Both the position numbers and the translations under genes were made by a program. From assembly GCF_037042905.1 (NCBI RefSeq), contig NC_087247.1, positions 13,392,001-13,456,000 of the forward strand: DNA of 64,000 bases, written 5' to 3'. The notes under the pieces were generated by a model, which made no database searches, was not told where the DNA came from, and saw only the letters and a program-made list of their open reading frames with translations. Source of the DNA: Lytechinus pictus. Lineage: Eukaryota. Shown one piece after another: positions 50,801 through 63,816 of the stretch; positions within the stretch are counted from its first letter, which is position 1, and every line of letters starts with the position of its first letter.

Positions 50801-53800
50801 AAGAGGAAAGGTAAAAAGAAAGATGGAGCAAAACATGATAGTGGAATAAGTGATGAGGAAGTCAAGATAGGAAAGAACAAAAGAGACAGAAATAAACTGA
50901 AGGACAGTGATTCAAGGTTGAACGATAGCAGGGGGTCAGATTTGACAATCGATAGTTTAAATGTTAATCAAAAGGACAGTGATTGGAAGAGGGAGGAGGA
51001 ATTGGAGAGGAGAAGGAAGGAATTGGAGGAGAGAATGCAGGGAGATATCAAGAAAAAGGAATCCGAGTTACAACAGAGAGAAGAAGAATTACGATTAAAG
51101 GAAGAAGAGTTGAAGATGAAGGAGCAGGGTGAACGAGAGAGGAAGGACAGAGAGCGAGAAGATGAACTGGCAAGAAAAGAGGCAGAATTGAAAGCAAAGG
51201 AGGAAGAATTGAAGAGAAGAGAGAAAAAAGAGGGGCAGAAGCTGCAGGAACTCCTAGAAGCTGATGCACAGCGTAAAATAGAGGAAGCCAGGTTGAAAGC
51301 ACAAGCTCTGGCAGAGAGAGAAGCCAGGGAAGCAGCGGAAAGGAGAGCAGCGAATGAAACATCAAGGAGAGAGGAAGCAGAGAGAAATGCAAAGCTTGAG
51401 ATTGAGAAGAGGAAAAGAGATGAAGAAGATCTCAAAAGAAAAGAAGAAGCAGAGAGGAGAGGAAGACTTGAAGCAGAAATAAATGTCAAAGAAAAAGAAG
51501 CAAGGAGAGCATCAGCAGAGAGGAGGGCACGCGAGGAAGCGGAGAAGAGGATCCAACAAGAACAAAGGCTCAAGGAGAAAGAAGAGGCAGAACGAGAAGC
51601 GAGAGAGGCAGAGAAGTTGGCCAGGGAGGAAGCACAAAGCAGGGCTCTCTCAGAGAAACAAGCAAGGGATGAAGCCGAGAGGAAAGCAGAAGAAGCGCTT
51701 CGATACAAAGAGGGACAGGAGGAAGAACGCAAGAAACGAGAAGCAGAAAGACTTGCACGGCTTGAGGCTGACCTGAGGAAGGAAGTGGAAAGACGTGCAG
51801 AGGAGGATTCCAACCAGAAGGATTCTCCTTCTCCTGACTCTCAAACCGATGCCAATGATAACATTGTCTACAAACAAGATGAAAGTAACACTCCTACTCC
51901 AGAAACACCTGAAGAAAGATTCATCCACCAGCCTAGAACTCTTGTCAAGAAGTCTGATATCTTGGTGAAATATGATATCGGGGCTAAGATTGGTGATGGA
52001 AACTTTGCCGATGTCCATGAAGCCACCAAGAAGGAGACAGGGGATGTGTTTGCCATGAAGGTCATCGAGAAGGCAAAGGTTAAGAACAAAGAACACATGG
52101 TGGAAAATGAGATTGCTATTATGAAGCATGTTCGTCATCCCAACATCGTAAGGCTGTACGAGGAGTACGAGACTCGGGGCCATATCTACCTTGTGATGGA
52201 GTACGTAACCGGAGGTGATCTCTTTGATGCTATCACAGAGAGTGTCAAGTTCACAGAAAGAGATGCTGCTCTGATGGTGACTGACCTTGCCAAGGCCCTC
52301 AAGTACCTTCATGACCTGAATGTCGTCCATCGTGATCTGAAGCCTGAGAACTTGCTGGTAAGTCCAAGGAAGAGAAATCATAATCAGAGGCTTGTTTCAT
52401 AAAGAGTTAATTGTAACTTTTCCATTTATGGCAACTACTATAACAGGGCTCAGCAGCTAATCACTCTCATGTTTTCTATGGAAGTTACAATAACGACTAA
52501 ATTTACGAAAACTGTCAGTCTTTATGAAACAGGCCCCTGGAGTCCATTACATAAAACCTACTGTAATGGCAAGTTTGCAGTTACTCTTCATGGAATAGTT
52601 GCTATGGAGCAATATGCCAATAAAAATCTGGTATTCTATGAAGAAATAGTTTGATTGCAAATTACTATTATAGTAATTTTTTATGTGGTTCTTTTCAAGT
52701 CCTGGAGTATGTTCATCAAGTCTTAGAGTATGTTTGTTTTACATTTAGGCACTTGTCTAAAGTCATAATGGAGTAGCATTCCTCTGAAATGCAGTAACAG
52801 TGTCATCAATTAGGATGGCATTATTTAAAATTCTGTTGTGATTCATTCACCTTGACTGACATAAATGCAATTGATATTGTTTGTACTGTGATCTGTTTAA
52901 TGAATATGTATGCTGACATTGGAAGAAATGGAATAATTTAATTTCAAACCATTTCAGGGTTCCCACAGTCATGGAAAATCCTGGAAAAAATTTGTGGTCA
53001 TGGAAAGTCAGGGAATTTGAAAAATTTGTTAAAAGTCATGGAATTGCATTTACCTCTTGGCTATGGCAGCTTTCCAGTTTGCCGTGTCTCGCAACTCTCA
53101 TACTCTGCTATCATAATTGGTGTTCATGATTTCCATTTTTCCCATTTTTGTGACATCTCAAATTCTACATAACTCCCGCGACTTCACAGGAAGTCATGGA
53201 AAGCAGCAATTAAGTCATGGAAAGTAATGGAATTCTGTATTCAAATTTCTGTGGGAACCCTGCATTTCCTTCATACATTTTCTTTGATTTGTGTCTCTTA
53301 AAAAATATGATCTGTTCATGATCAAGTAGTGTACCGTATGGGTACTAGTATTCAACCCGGTATAATTCAAAGATTTTGACATATTCCCCAAAATATTTAG
53401 AAATAGGGAATTTATCTTAATTTCACACCTTTGTTATTTCCAGGGTAATCTGTTGTCGATATTTTCTTTGTCAATCTGTCGACTGTATGCGCGGAGGATC
53501 GAATTATGCGGCGATGGCCTTTTGCACTGAATGGTACTAGTATTCAACCTAGTGAGGATTGATAGCAAATCTCAAAAGGGTTTAGATTGCTAAATTAGAT
53601 CTAGATCTATGTAAATCTCTGGCTTTGATTAATTCCCTGTTTGGTCTCATCTCAAATGGTCTAGTCCATAGTCGGATGGGACAAGGGCAGATTGAGAGAT
53701 AGGGCCATCTTTCATCGCTAGGTTGAATACTAGTGCCGACGGGTTGAATACTAGTACCAAAATCCGTCGCCGTATAATTCGATCGCCCGCGCACACAGTC

Positions 53801-56800
53801 AACTGGTTGAAGAAAAAAATAACGGAAAAAGAATAACCAGCATTTGCTCTTGGAAATAAGACGAGTCTGAAATTCAGGTAAATTCTATATTTCTATATAT
53901 TTTAGGAAACTCTCCAAACGGGTTGAATACTAATGCCCTTACGGTACATGTATTTGTTGACTGTGAATGTAGCTGTAACTACATGTGTAATCTCATTCTG
54001 AATCGTTTGTGTTTAGGTGAACAAATCCGAGTCGGGGGAGATAACCCTGAAGCTTGCTGACTTTGGTCTTGCGATGGAAGTGAAGGCACCTATCTATACT
54101 GTGTGTGGCACACCCACCTATGTGGCACCTGAGATCCTGGGAGAGACAGGTATTTAGATGTGCTTGTTGTTGAATCCATGAAACTTGCTCAGTGACAATT
54201 GCTTCCATGGATTCATCTGTACACAGAGACACCAACCCTCCTGATTCCATCTTAAGCCCCCCCCCCCAAAAAAAAAAATGGCCCCAACTCTCAACTTTAC
54301 TATCACCGACTTTAAATCGTGCCAGAAAAAGCATGTTTAGATACTTGGTATTGTGTTAGTTTTTTAACATGTCACTACTGCAAAACAAGGCTCAGATTGC
54401 ACCAGAGAGCATCTGCATGTAGCAACCCAGAGCTCTCAGTTCCTGACTTAGGATCCAAGCAACACAATTGGATGTCAGTTCCAAATCCTATATTGTTATT
54501 TCCAAAAGTTGGCATCTCTGCCGTACATTGAGCTTCAGATGAATCCCAACACTAACCCTAACTTACACATTATTTAGAACCAAACTATACTGTCACAACA
54601 CCAATACCAGCCCTTTTGTCTTCAGAAAAATTGATGCAGGGATGGTTGTTGCAGGAACATATCGTCAGTGATTTTACGAACCGGCTCAAACCTGATTTTC
54701 GATCAAATTTTTGGAATTTATTTGTTTGCATTTCTGAAAGCCCTTGATTCGCTCTATTGATTTGCCAAATTTCAGATTAAAATTTTTAGTATTTAAAGAA
54801 TAAGAGCATATTTAATTTTCTTACGAACTGGCTCAACCCCCTCCTTTTATTTTTACGAACTGTTTCAAACCATTCTTTGTGTACTATACAGTCTATGTTA
54901 TGGCGCGCGTAGGTCAAAGGCCCGACCTAGATGCTGTGCGTATGTGGTTTGTGCTGATAAAAATCATGCACATGGCATGATTTTACGAACTGGCTCAAAC
55001 CCCCTGTTTTGGGTAAAAATTAGTAGCTTCTGAAATGCATACATGCGCTTCATGTCAAATATTGAAAGAATGAATACGAATTACGAACAAAATGTTGTAT
55101 ATGTATGCTTTAAATTGGTATAAATATTTGATCTTGTTTTATTCAAAACGCGGAGTTATGAGCATTTGAAGAACATCCAAACTTTGAATGCGATTTTCTC
55201 AAAATCATGTTTTGGAAAACCATGCGAGGTTTGAGCCAGTTCATAAAATCACTGACGATATGTCGGGTCAGCATATATATGCCTACTACAAAAGGCACAT
55301 TTAAAAGTAATAGTTCACTTTAAGATCTGTAAAATTGACTTTCAAAAATCTTGATTTTTTTTCATTTACAACATAAAGCTGTTTTTATTTGTTGTGTGTA
55401 TGTTTGTGTATATCTTTCAGGATTCATAATGCTGACTGTCCTTCCTCTCGCTCTCTGCGTGCATCTTTCTGTCTGTCTCTCTCCCCATACCTGATAGCCA
55501 AGATTCATGCAATATGATGCTAACCAGGTCCAGTAACACAAAGTTTAGCGATTGATTGTATGCTTGATTTTCACGATTGATTATAGTCAATGCAATCAAT
55601 CAGAGAAAAATGTTCTACGATCGTTGCTAAGCTTTGTGTTACGGGCCCCAGAACATTATCTCATTGAAATTGTTTATATTTGATGTGTTTGTATTCTTGT
55701 AGGATACGGTTTGGAGGTCGACATGTGGGCGATAGGAGTCATCACTTACATCCTGCTGTGTGGATTCCCGCCATTCCGGAGCCCAGATAGAGACCAAGAA
55801 GAACTCTTTGAACTCATCCAAGCAGGAGAATTCTCTTACGTCTCACCTTACTGGGATAACATCTCCTCAGGTTGGTGCATTTTTAAAGGACAAGTCCACC
55901 CCAACAAAAAATTGATTTGAATAAAAAGAGAAAAATCCAACAAGCATAACACTGAATATTTCATCAAAATTGGATGTAAAATAAGAAAGTTATGACATTT
56001 TAAAGTTTTGCTTAATTTCACAATATGCACATCCTGGTCGGTATGCAAATGAGGAGACTGATGACATCATCCACTCAATATTTCTTTTGTATTTTATTGT
56101 ATGAAATCTTCTAATTTTCTCCTCATTGTCAAGTGAAACAACGATTAATCCTCCCTGAACTTGTGGAATTAGCATTATTTAATACCTTATGGTTCAGTCA
56201 AGTTGGTCCTTATTGTCAAACCTGTAAAAATGAAATATTGTATAATTCAAACAATAAAAAACAAAAGAAATAGTGTGTGATGGACATCATCGACTGTCTC
56301 ATTTGCATGTCACTGAGTTGTGCATATAACTATTTTGTGAAAAATAAGCAAAACTTTAAAATGCCATGATAACTTTCTTATTTTACATCCGATTTTGATA
56401 AAATTTTCAGCGTTATGCTAGTTTGATTTTTCTCTTTTTATTCCAATCAACATTCTTCTGGGGTGGACTTGACCTTTAATCATTCTCCAAGAGCAAGTCC
56501 ACCTCAACTAAAAGTTGATTTGCATGAAAAGAGAAAAAAAATTAAACAAAAAATAATACTTAAAAATTTCATCTAAATTGGATGTGAAATAGAGAGTTAT
56601 GGCATTTAAAATTTTGCTTAAATCTATCAAAGCAGTTATATCCAAGTTCGTGTACAAATGACGTCAGCCAGGCACTTTTTTCTTTTGTATGTTATCATGT
56701 AAGAAATTAAATACCTTTTTTCCGCTCTTAATGTGAAATAAGTTTTGATTCCTCCTTGAATAGATGGGATTGCTATTGATTCAGTCAGTCTCAGTTTTTA

Positions 56801-58146
56801 ATCTCATTTCATTTTCTCATTTCCAGCAAGTACGAAATTCATACAGATATAAAATTAAATGAAATGAAATTTGGCAATTAATTAAAGTAGAATACTTCCA
56901 ATTTAACTTTTCTTTTATAAATTTGAAACCGAAATGAATAAATACTCATTGCAATCCAAAAATAAAAGAAACTATCACTAAATTAATACTGTTTAGAAAT
57001 TTTTTCAACATGCTTTGATTCAATGGAGATGTTTCCTTATTGTCAACTAAATAAAAAAAAAATGAAATATGATATATTTCTTATAATAAAATACAAAAGA
57101 AATAGTGAGTGTGTGATGTCTACTTTCTAATTTGCATATGAACCTCATCATGCATATAACTGTTTTTGTGAAAAGAAGTGAAACTTTATAATTTTATAAT
57201 TTTCAATATTTAACATCAGATTTTGATGAATATCCAGCATTATGTTTGTTTAAATCAGCATTTTGTAGGGGTGATATTTTTCTTTTAAACTTTAGAATTT
57301 CATACATTTCAATATTTGACATCAGATTTTAATGAATATTCAGCATTACCGGTATGCTTGTTTGTATTTCTTATTTGTTCAAATCAACTTTTTGATGGTG
57401 TTGATAAGGTCTAGTCATTATTCCATTCTTGAAATGAGGGTGGTGTTAGAACTGACCTCTAAATTAATTAAATAGATGTATTTCCCATTGTTCATATTGA
57501 AAGTTTTATGTATAAAGTTATATAAATATAAAGTTTTATTGGATGCTGTCAGATGTTGCAAGTATCACAGTTAATGTTGGTGATCTATTGGGATTTTACC
57601 CATTCAAGAACACTAACCCCTCGGGATTGGGGAAATTGTTATTTCAAGTTCAGTGCACATATCCCCCCCCAAAAAATAATAATAAAAATACTCATAACTC
57701 CTCCAATTCTTCTCTATCTATCTATCTATCAATCGCTCTATCTATCTATTTAATCTATCTATCTATCTTTTTAATCTATCTTTCTTTCTCACAAGCTCTT
57801 ATCCATGATTGATCACATATTAATCAGTACCTCTCTGATCTTCCAAATTTGTTCCTTTGAAATAATTTATTCCTTTTTCATTTCCATAAACTTACTTTTC
57901 ATCATTAACCACTATGATTTTTTTTTCTTCCCTGTTCCAGCTGCCAAGGATCTTATAAACCACCTCCTCGTGGTCGATAAAGAGAAACGCTACACAGCTG
58001 GTCAGGTTCTCAAACATCCGTGGGTCACCAGCGAGGGCGCTGCAGGCAAACAAATCAACCTGCAGCGGGAGGTGTCGATGAACCTTGAGAAGAACTTTAA
58101 GGATCGACGGAGTGCGAAACGGAAGCCAGTCGCTCCCAAGAACTGA
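44266..58146 (+). CDS. DCLK3: Doublecortin-like Ser/Thr kinase, DCLK3-type kinase domain; 2 DCX domains plus long charged helix; ~1073 aa
   Basis: join(44266-44881,50259-52357,54017-54149,55703-55870,57941-58146) = 3222 nt, in frame. Motifs [42 protein letters not shown] and YGLEVDMW...[15 protein letters not shown] (DCLK3-like). Start codon uncertain (44266 or a later Met). Confidence 0.85.
50259..52357 (+). CDS. DCLK3: DCLK coding exon 2 (DCX domain 2, E/R/K-rich linker, kinase N-lobe to HRD)
   Basis: tttgcag acceptor, ctg|gtaagt donor; 2099-nt open exon. Confidence 0.92.
52955..53262. mobile_element. MITE with CAGGGTTCCCACAG TIRs and repeated gtcatggaa subterminal motifs
   Basis: cattt|cagggttcccacag ... 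ctgtgggaaccctg|cattt. Confidence 0.8.
53334..53944. mobile_element. Tc1/mariner-type MITE (TA TSD, CCGTA termini)
   Basis: ta|ccgtatgggtactagtattcaacccg ... cgggttgaatactaatgcccttacgg|ta; internal copies of the TIR motif. Confidence 0.8.
54017..54149 (+). CDS. DCLK3: DCLK exon 3 (DFG and activation loop, APE)
   Basis: gtttag acceptor, gtattt donor; [28 protein letters not shown]. Confidence 0.93.
54662..55258. mobile_element. TA-flanked MITE with ~32-bp TIRs
   Basis: ta|tcgtcagtgattttacgaaccggctcaaacct ... aggtttgagccagttcataaaatcactgacga|ta; internal ttacgaactggctcaa repeats. Confidence 0.8.
55526..55649. mobile_element. Short MITE, copy of 8121-8243
   Basis: gtaacacaaagtttagcg ... gctaagctttgtgttacgggccc. 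Confidence 0.75.
55703..55870 (+). CDS. DCLK3: DCLK exon 4 ([24 protein letters not shown]...YWDNISS)
   Basis: ttgtag acceptor, gttggt donor. Confidence 0.93.
55887..56475. mobile_element. Kolobok/T2-type MITE 16 nt downstream of a DCLK donor site
   Basis: TTAA|aggacaagtccacccc ... ggggtggacttgacct|TTAA; reverse copy of 12203-12774. Confidence 0.88.
56490..57290. mobile_element. Older decayed copy of the same Kolobok-type family
   Basis: caagtccacctcaac start; aaatacaaaagaaatagtgagtg and other shared blocks. Confidence 0.65.
57941..58146 (+). CDS. DCLK3: DCLK last coding exon ([28 protein letters not shown]...PKN*)
   Basis: ttccag acceptor; kinase subdomain XI, short basic tail, TGA. Confidence 0.92.
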
Positions 58147-59662
58147 AACAGTCATGTCACAAAGTGAATGGAAGACCTAGTGTAAATATATATGTATGAG
58201 CATTTATTTTAGCACAATATTCTTCATATTCATATTTATATATCATACACTCACCAGTGACAATTCAGGAAGTTTTACTAGTAATTTATTATGTATATCT
58301 AGATATTAACAATTCATTGGTTCCATGACCTTTGCTCCTGCAACAATTGCTCCTACTGAAAATCAATATATTAAGCCAGACATCAACCTGAACTTCAAAC
58401 ATAATGTATAGCTTAATCCTATTCCTCACATTATTCTGAACCTTAAACCCTACGACAATCCTAACCTTCACATATTATCTCCAGAGAAACTTGCGGAGGA
58501 GCAAGTGTCGCAGGAGCACATGTCCTGTTACCATTTCAGGAACTGTTTGACAATTATAAGGAGTGAATCTGATTCAAATTAAAACCAGGTAATCTTCAAA
58601 TATATGTTTGAGTAAAATCTGAAATAATTGTATTATATTGTGAATAAAGTCTGTATATTCAAGAAGTCTTGGTAAATGCAGGGTTTTGGTTTTTTTTGTA
58701 TCCATATATCATAATCAAGACAATTCGAAATTGAATATATATCATCATGCTATGACAAAAATTGAAATATATTCTCTGTCTTTATGATATCCTATAAATC
58801 TTGTTTGTGATAGATAAACATAGATTTGAAGCCTGTCTATCAATCTGTCAATCAGTAGAACGAATCCTTTTCAAGGCTGCGTATTTGAGGAATGATTTTT
58901 ACACCTCAGGAATACTAATATTTGATAGTCAGTTTCTGATGATTTCATGTCTGGGTTATATTTGTTATATGTGACGTGACCGTGATTTCTTAGTTAGCTT
59001 TGTGATTTCATGTTCAATGTGCAGATATTTTGTTTGCATGTGGCAAGGAAGACCGTGATGTTTTTTTATCATTTGCCTTGAATGCAGTATTATGGCAGGT
59101 CTTACTTAATTGGATGATTGTCAAGTTTAGGCTTTATTGTTAGCGTTGTTGTTGGAAGCATAATCTGAATTTACAAAAATGGTCAAAATCACAATATTGA
59201 TATTATATTGCTAAACACCAAGTTAGACTTGGAGTTAGCCAGTCTTATTTCAAGTTTGGTGCTGTGCTGATGTCAAAAAATGAAGTAACACCAATATCAA
59301 AAATATTAACACAGAACGTGTTGTGGCATGTGAAAATGAATCTACAACAAACTCTGGGATTCAGTGGGAAATAATTGTTGATGTTAGATTTCAGACTTAT
59401 GAAAGTTTCTTTTAATCAGAACAGTTATGAAGAAGTTTTGGAGGCTGCTTAGCAATGTAGTATCTATTGATATATAGTATACATTGAAGGCAATTTACAA
59501 TTTATTTTTGTCATCATTTTCCTGCCTCCGCCCACCAAAGGTGGTTTCTGTCTGGAAGCCACTACGTTCTCAGGTTATCAGTCAAGTCATGGCTGGTTTT
59601 TTTTTTCTCATATAACCAGTACATCATTTGGAAATTGACTTCTAATTTATGCTTGATAGATA

Positions 59663-59898
59663 CAGTCAAACCTGTATTAGTGGCCACCTGCCTATAATGA
59701 CCACTAAAACTGATTCCCATGAAGGAAGATTGTGTGTATAAGAACCTGTCTATAGCAGCCACCTGCCTATAGTGACCACTAAAACAGATTCCAATGGAGG
59801 CAGGTCGTGTGTAAAAGCACCTGTCTATAGCAGCCATCTGTCTATCAAGGCCACATTTTGTGTTTCCCTTGGGTGGTCACTGTAGACAGGTTTCAATG
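59663..59898. mobile_element. Tigger/pogo-like MITE (TA|CAGTCAAACCTG) with internal ~70-bp repeats
   Basis: ta|cagtcaaacctgt ... acaggtttcaatg|ta; repeated gccacctgcctata..gaccactaaaac. Confidence 0.7.
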
Positions 59899-60076
59899 TA
59901 CTTATTCAATTTGGGGTTATGAAGGTCACAGAGGCTTGCTGTGATAATTAAAGAACAATTTGAAGGGTCACCTTCAATCTTGGGTCATATGAGTTTTACA
60001 GTGATGTACTGTACCGGAGACTAATGGTGTTCTGATTAGATTTTTAGAACTTATACTGGTCAGACATTAAATTTCA

Positions 60077-60348
60077 GGGTCGTGTCTTACAAAGAGTTAT
60101 GATTGATCCAGTCAATCGTAACTCTATGGAAATCCATCAATGTCATAATTTTTTTTACAGGAAATTTGCAAAATGTCCTTTGTAAACAAAGGCGAACACA
60201 CAAAATTGTCAAGAAAACAATGAATTTATGAGTATACATCATATCTAGAAAATATTTTGAACAAATTTGCATTTAAGATGTTGACGTTGCTGGCCGTCCA
60301 TAGTTGTGGTTGATCAGATCAATCGCAACTCTTTGTAAGACGGGGCCC
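60077..60348. mobile_element. MITE, family of 2134-2393
   Basis: gtcttacaaagagttatgattgatc ... gatcaatcgcaactctttgtaagacggggccc; CAG flanks. Confidence 0.8.
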
Positions 60349-61209
60349 AGATCTGGCATGGCAGAGGCATAAATTTCAATTGCAAACAGTTGAGACTATC
60401 TTTCGACATGCTGGTATCCAGCTTGGCATGGATGGCATGCATGGTTTGTGTCTTCAAAATTCAAAGAGCCTTGCCTCTCTTGCTTCTTGATTTGGGACAA
60501 TAAAAACAATATATTTGGGGAATTAAAAAAAAACATTTTGATAGGACCATGTATAAGAATTTTTTTTAAAGTGATTGACTGACAAGAAATGCACAGACTA
60601 TATGCTGAATTAAACTTCTCAGTGAAAAAAAATGGTTACTCAGGAAAAGAACAAATCCATACTGTATGGTGTATTCCGTCAAGTTATTGTTCTCTAGCAC
60701 GTACAAGATGATGCTGAATCATGCATTTGTTTGTGTTGTTTCATTTAATACTTTTTTGTGTTTATTTGTTTTATGTCAATCGGAAATGTCAAAATGTCAA
60801 TTTCTCATCCTGCTTTCTTGCAGAAAGAATGCAGTATATTTACATATTCTGTCTATCTATTGCATATACATTTCTCTCGGAAAAAATTTGACAAAAGTTT
60901 GTTATTACGTGTTCTATTTGGATGTATAAAATGTTGAAGCATCTCGTAAATCAGCAACTCTGTAGTAATCCAAGATTGTAAATGTTCCTGTTTGGCGTGT
61001 GGAATACAGTACGCAAAGCTTTATAGTATGTGTGTATATGTAGTTCAAACTTGTCATCATTCATAGCAATTCAAGAATAGTCTGAAGGTTGTCATGATTT
61101 AGTGCACCACTATTAAAACATGTTATCCAAGAATGATAGTGATATATCTCTTAAGTACAGTGCTGTGCAAATTATGGTAAGCTGATAAAAAAATCATCAT
61201 TCTGAAGAA

Positions 61210-61415
61210 AATCAAATGTAATATTTCAACTTCAAATTCAAATGTAATATACATGCACATCACTTGTAATTAAACGTTAATATTTACGATTCAAATTCAA
61301 ATGTAATATACATATATACATCACATATAATCAAATGTTAATATTTACAATTCAAATTCAAATGTAATATTTCTTAATCAAAATTGAAATGTAATTTATA
61401 ATTCAAATCGAAATT
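61210..61415. repeat. ~60-bp tandem repeat (ttcaaattcaaatgtaatat...)
   Basis: About 3 copies visible. Confidence 0.8.
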
Positions 61416-61752
61416 CATATCTAAGATCATTAAGCATGCATTACCATTGCCAGTTTTTCTGGTACAATAACTGGCAACACCCTAAAATAGAAGAAGTGGT
61501 TTGGTTATAAGATAAGGAAAATATTATGTAGTATATTTTTTGTTGGGTTACATGAAGATTAACATCACATTGGATGCTGACAATTTGTTTGAGATGCATG
61601 ATTGAGAATATCTACTTCAATATCTGGAATCTTAATAGGACATTCATTTTGATTGCTAGTTTTTGAAATCACTGTTTCATTATGGGGGAAAACTCATATC
61701 ATAATTTGGCAATACAATGGCTACATTGGTTATGTAGAAGCATTCAAGATAT

Positions 61753-61969
61753 CAGAGCTGCCAATTATAGGATTTTATCATATTTAGTAGGATTTTTAAG
61801 GGAAAAGTAATACTAAATACAATTTTTATCCTAGAAATAGGATTTTTTAAACTTGTAAGAATGATGAGTTTTCAAAATTTTAAAAGAAATATAGGATTTC
61901 ATGCTTGAAAATAGGGTAAAAGGAAATGAAGAATAGTCTTTTTTTTAACAGTTTAGATTGGCAGCTCTG
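61753..61969. mobile_element. hAT-like MITE (CAGAGCTGCCAA TIR)
   Basis: cagagctgccaa ... ttggcagctctg with repeated taggatttt; related ends at ~17525-17820 and ~7433. Confidence 0.65.
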
Positions 61970-62566
61970 TTGTATACATGAAGGCATGCCAAATGCTATT
62001 GGGGGTGTCACAGGATGCAAGTACACCCTTTGCTATTTTTTCATATTGAATTATCTTTTATTAGTTGATTTCCCATCTGATATTCACTTATTCTGTGAAT
62101 TTACAATGTACTCATAATCTTATATCTTAGATTATTTTAGTCTCCATTTTGGACATTATTTGCAGCTTTAATAGATGTATTAGATACACTGTGCAGTACT
62201 CATGTGCTCTAGCTACTTAATTTACTGTTGTAGTATGATATGCATGTTTTCTATTGTATGTTCTTCAGTTCAATTTCTTCCATCATTACAGTATAACACC
62301 TTGAACAAAAATAAAATGTAGTATTATTGTAATCAGAAAGAAAAAATGTTTTTATGCTTAGATTTAAAAATCATGTACAGTAATCTAGTATGTTTTGTAT
62401 TATATTTTTTTTTATCAGATGGTTTAAAGTAAATGTATTCAAAGTCATAGTAAGGAGTGATTTTTTTTCTATGTTAGAATGGCTAATGTAGCACAAACTA
62501 TAGTTTTTGTCACTTTTAAAATGAAATAAAGTATGTGATTAAATAGCTGTATTAAGATGGATGAAC

Positions 62567-62786
62567 AGGGACATGTCTTACAAAGAGTTATGATTGATCT
62601 GATGAGTCACAACTATGGAAAGCCAGGAACACCAAAATACATTATCATCTTGACAAATCAGTGTACTCCTCTATGTGTCCAGAGAGGCATTCTATAATTT
62701 TCATAGATGAAGAATTATGACATTAATGGCTTTCCATGGTTTAAGATAATCAGATCAATCACAAGTCTTTTTTAAGGCAGAGCCCA
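62567..62786. mobile_element. Decayed copy of the 2134/60077 MITE family
   Basis: gtcttacaaagagttatgattgatc start. Confidence 0.65.
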
Positions 62787-63247
62787 GAATTCAAGTTTTG
62801 ATAATTCTATCACAAAATGATTAATGTTTATTCAAGTCTGTGGAATAACCTTCCAATCACAATCGTGGCTTTGAAACCTTGCTTCGGTATGTTTACACAA
62901 TCAGATAAATAGTTGCATCAGAATGATTTTGTGTGAGAGTAGAAATTGAAAACAAATAATGTCTGCATTATAGTGCCTTTACACTCCTTTCAAACCTATT
63001 ATAATCTTTCTTTTCAAATAAGTATTCTTCTTATGCAAACAAAATAAGCCTTGAAGCAGAATCTAATAAATTCAAATAAAGATACATGCATTTGTTTGTG
63101 TTATTGAATTATGGAGTAGATGTGTCATAAAAAGGCCAGGTCAACCTACCTTGAATAGAGAAAGTGTTCAAGTTTAATGGAAAAAAAATCATCAGATGTA
63201 GGAGATGGATCTTTACAAGCCCCAAATATATGTAAGGGTTGGTTTAA

Positions 63248-63790
63248 AGGGGTACTATATCCCCCATCCCCCCCAAAAAAAAAAAAAGATGTTATATATA
63301 TATCTATATATATATATATATATCTGAAGTTATGCAATGTCTTATGTAATAAAAAAATGATATGCATACTGTCATCAATATGCAATAGTTGAGCTGATGA
63401 TGTCACATTCTTAACTACTTTTCTCTTTTCTTACTACATGAAAACAAAATCATTTCTTATTTTCATACATTTGTGTAAAAGAGGTTTCCTCTAAGTTTCA
63501 GCAATATATCATTTTTTTTAATTCGGTAAATGAGTTTGGCCTAGACCAATCCTGTATTTACATTCTTGGAGGACAAAATTTAAGTAAACATAATTTCATC
63601 CATTAAAATACAAAAGAATGAAAAGCTCACTCATTGCATATTCATCAGAACGTATGCATGCATAAAGTACTGTCTGTTTCACCTAGTAATGTAAAACATT
63701 GATATGTGATCACATTTCTCTTCAAATTTTGATGAAAAGTTAACATTGTCTGCAGTCTATCTGTTCCAATCACATATATTTTTTTTAAGC
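63248..63790. mobile_element. Decayed Kolobok/T2-type MITE
   Basis: TTAA|aggggta start; shared blocks gatgatgtcaca, aaaatacaaaagaa, aaattttgatgaaa. Confidence 0.5.
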
Positions 63791-63816
63791 CTGAGGTAAG
63801 TATAGAATAATATTGA

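Noticed and set aside
50968-52381. Antisense ORFs of 281 and 243 aa
   Set aside because: Shadows of the biased kinase exon; no motifs or independent splice signals
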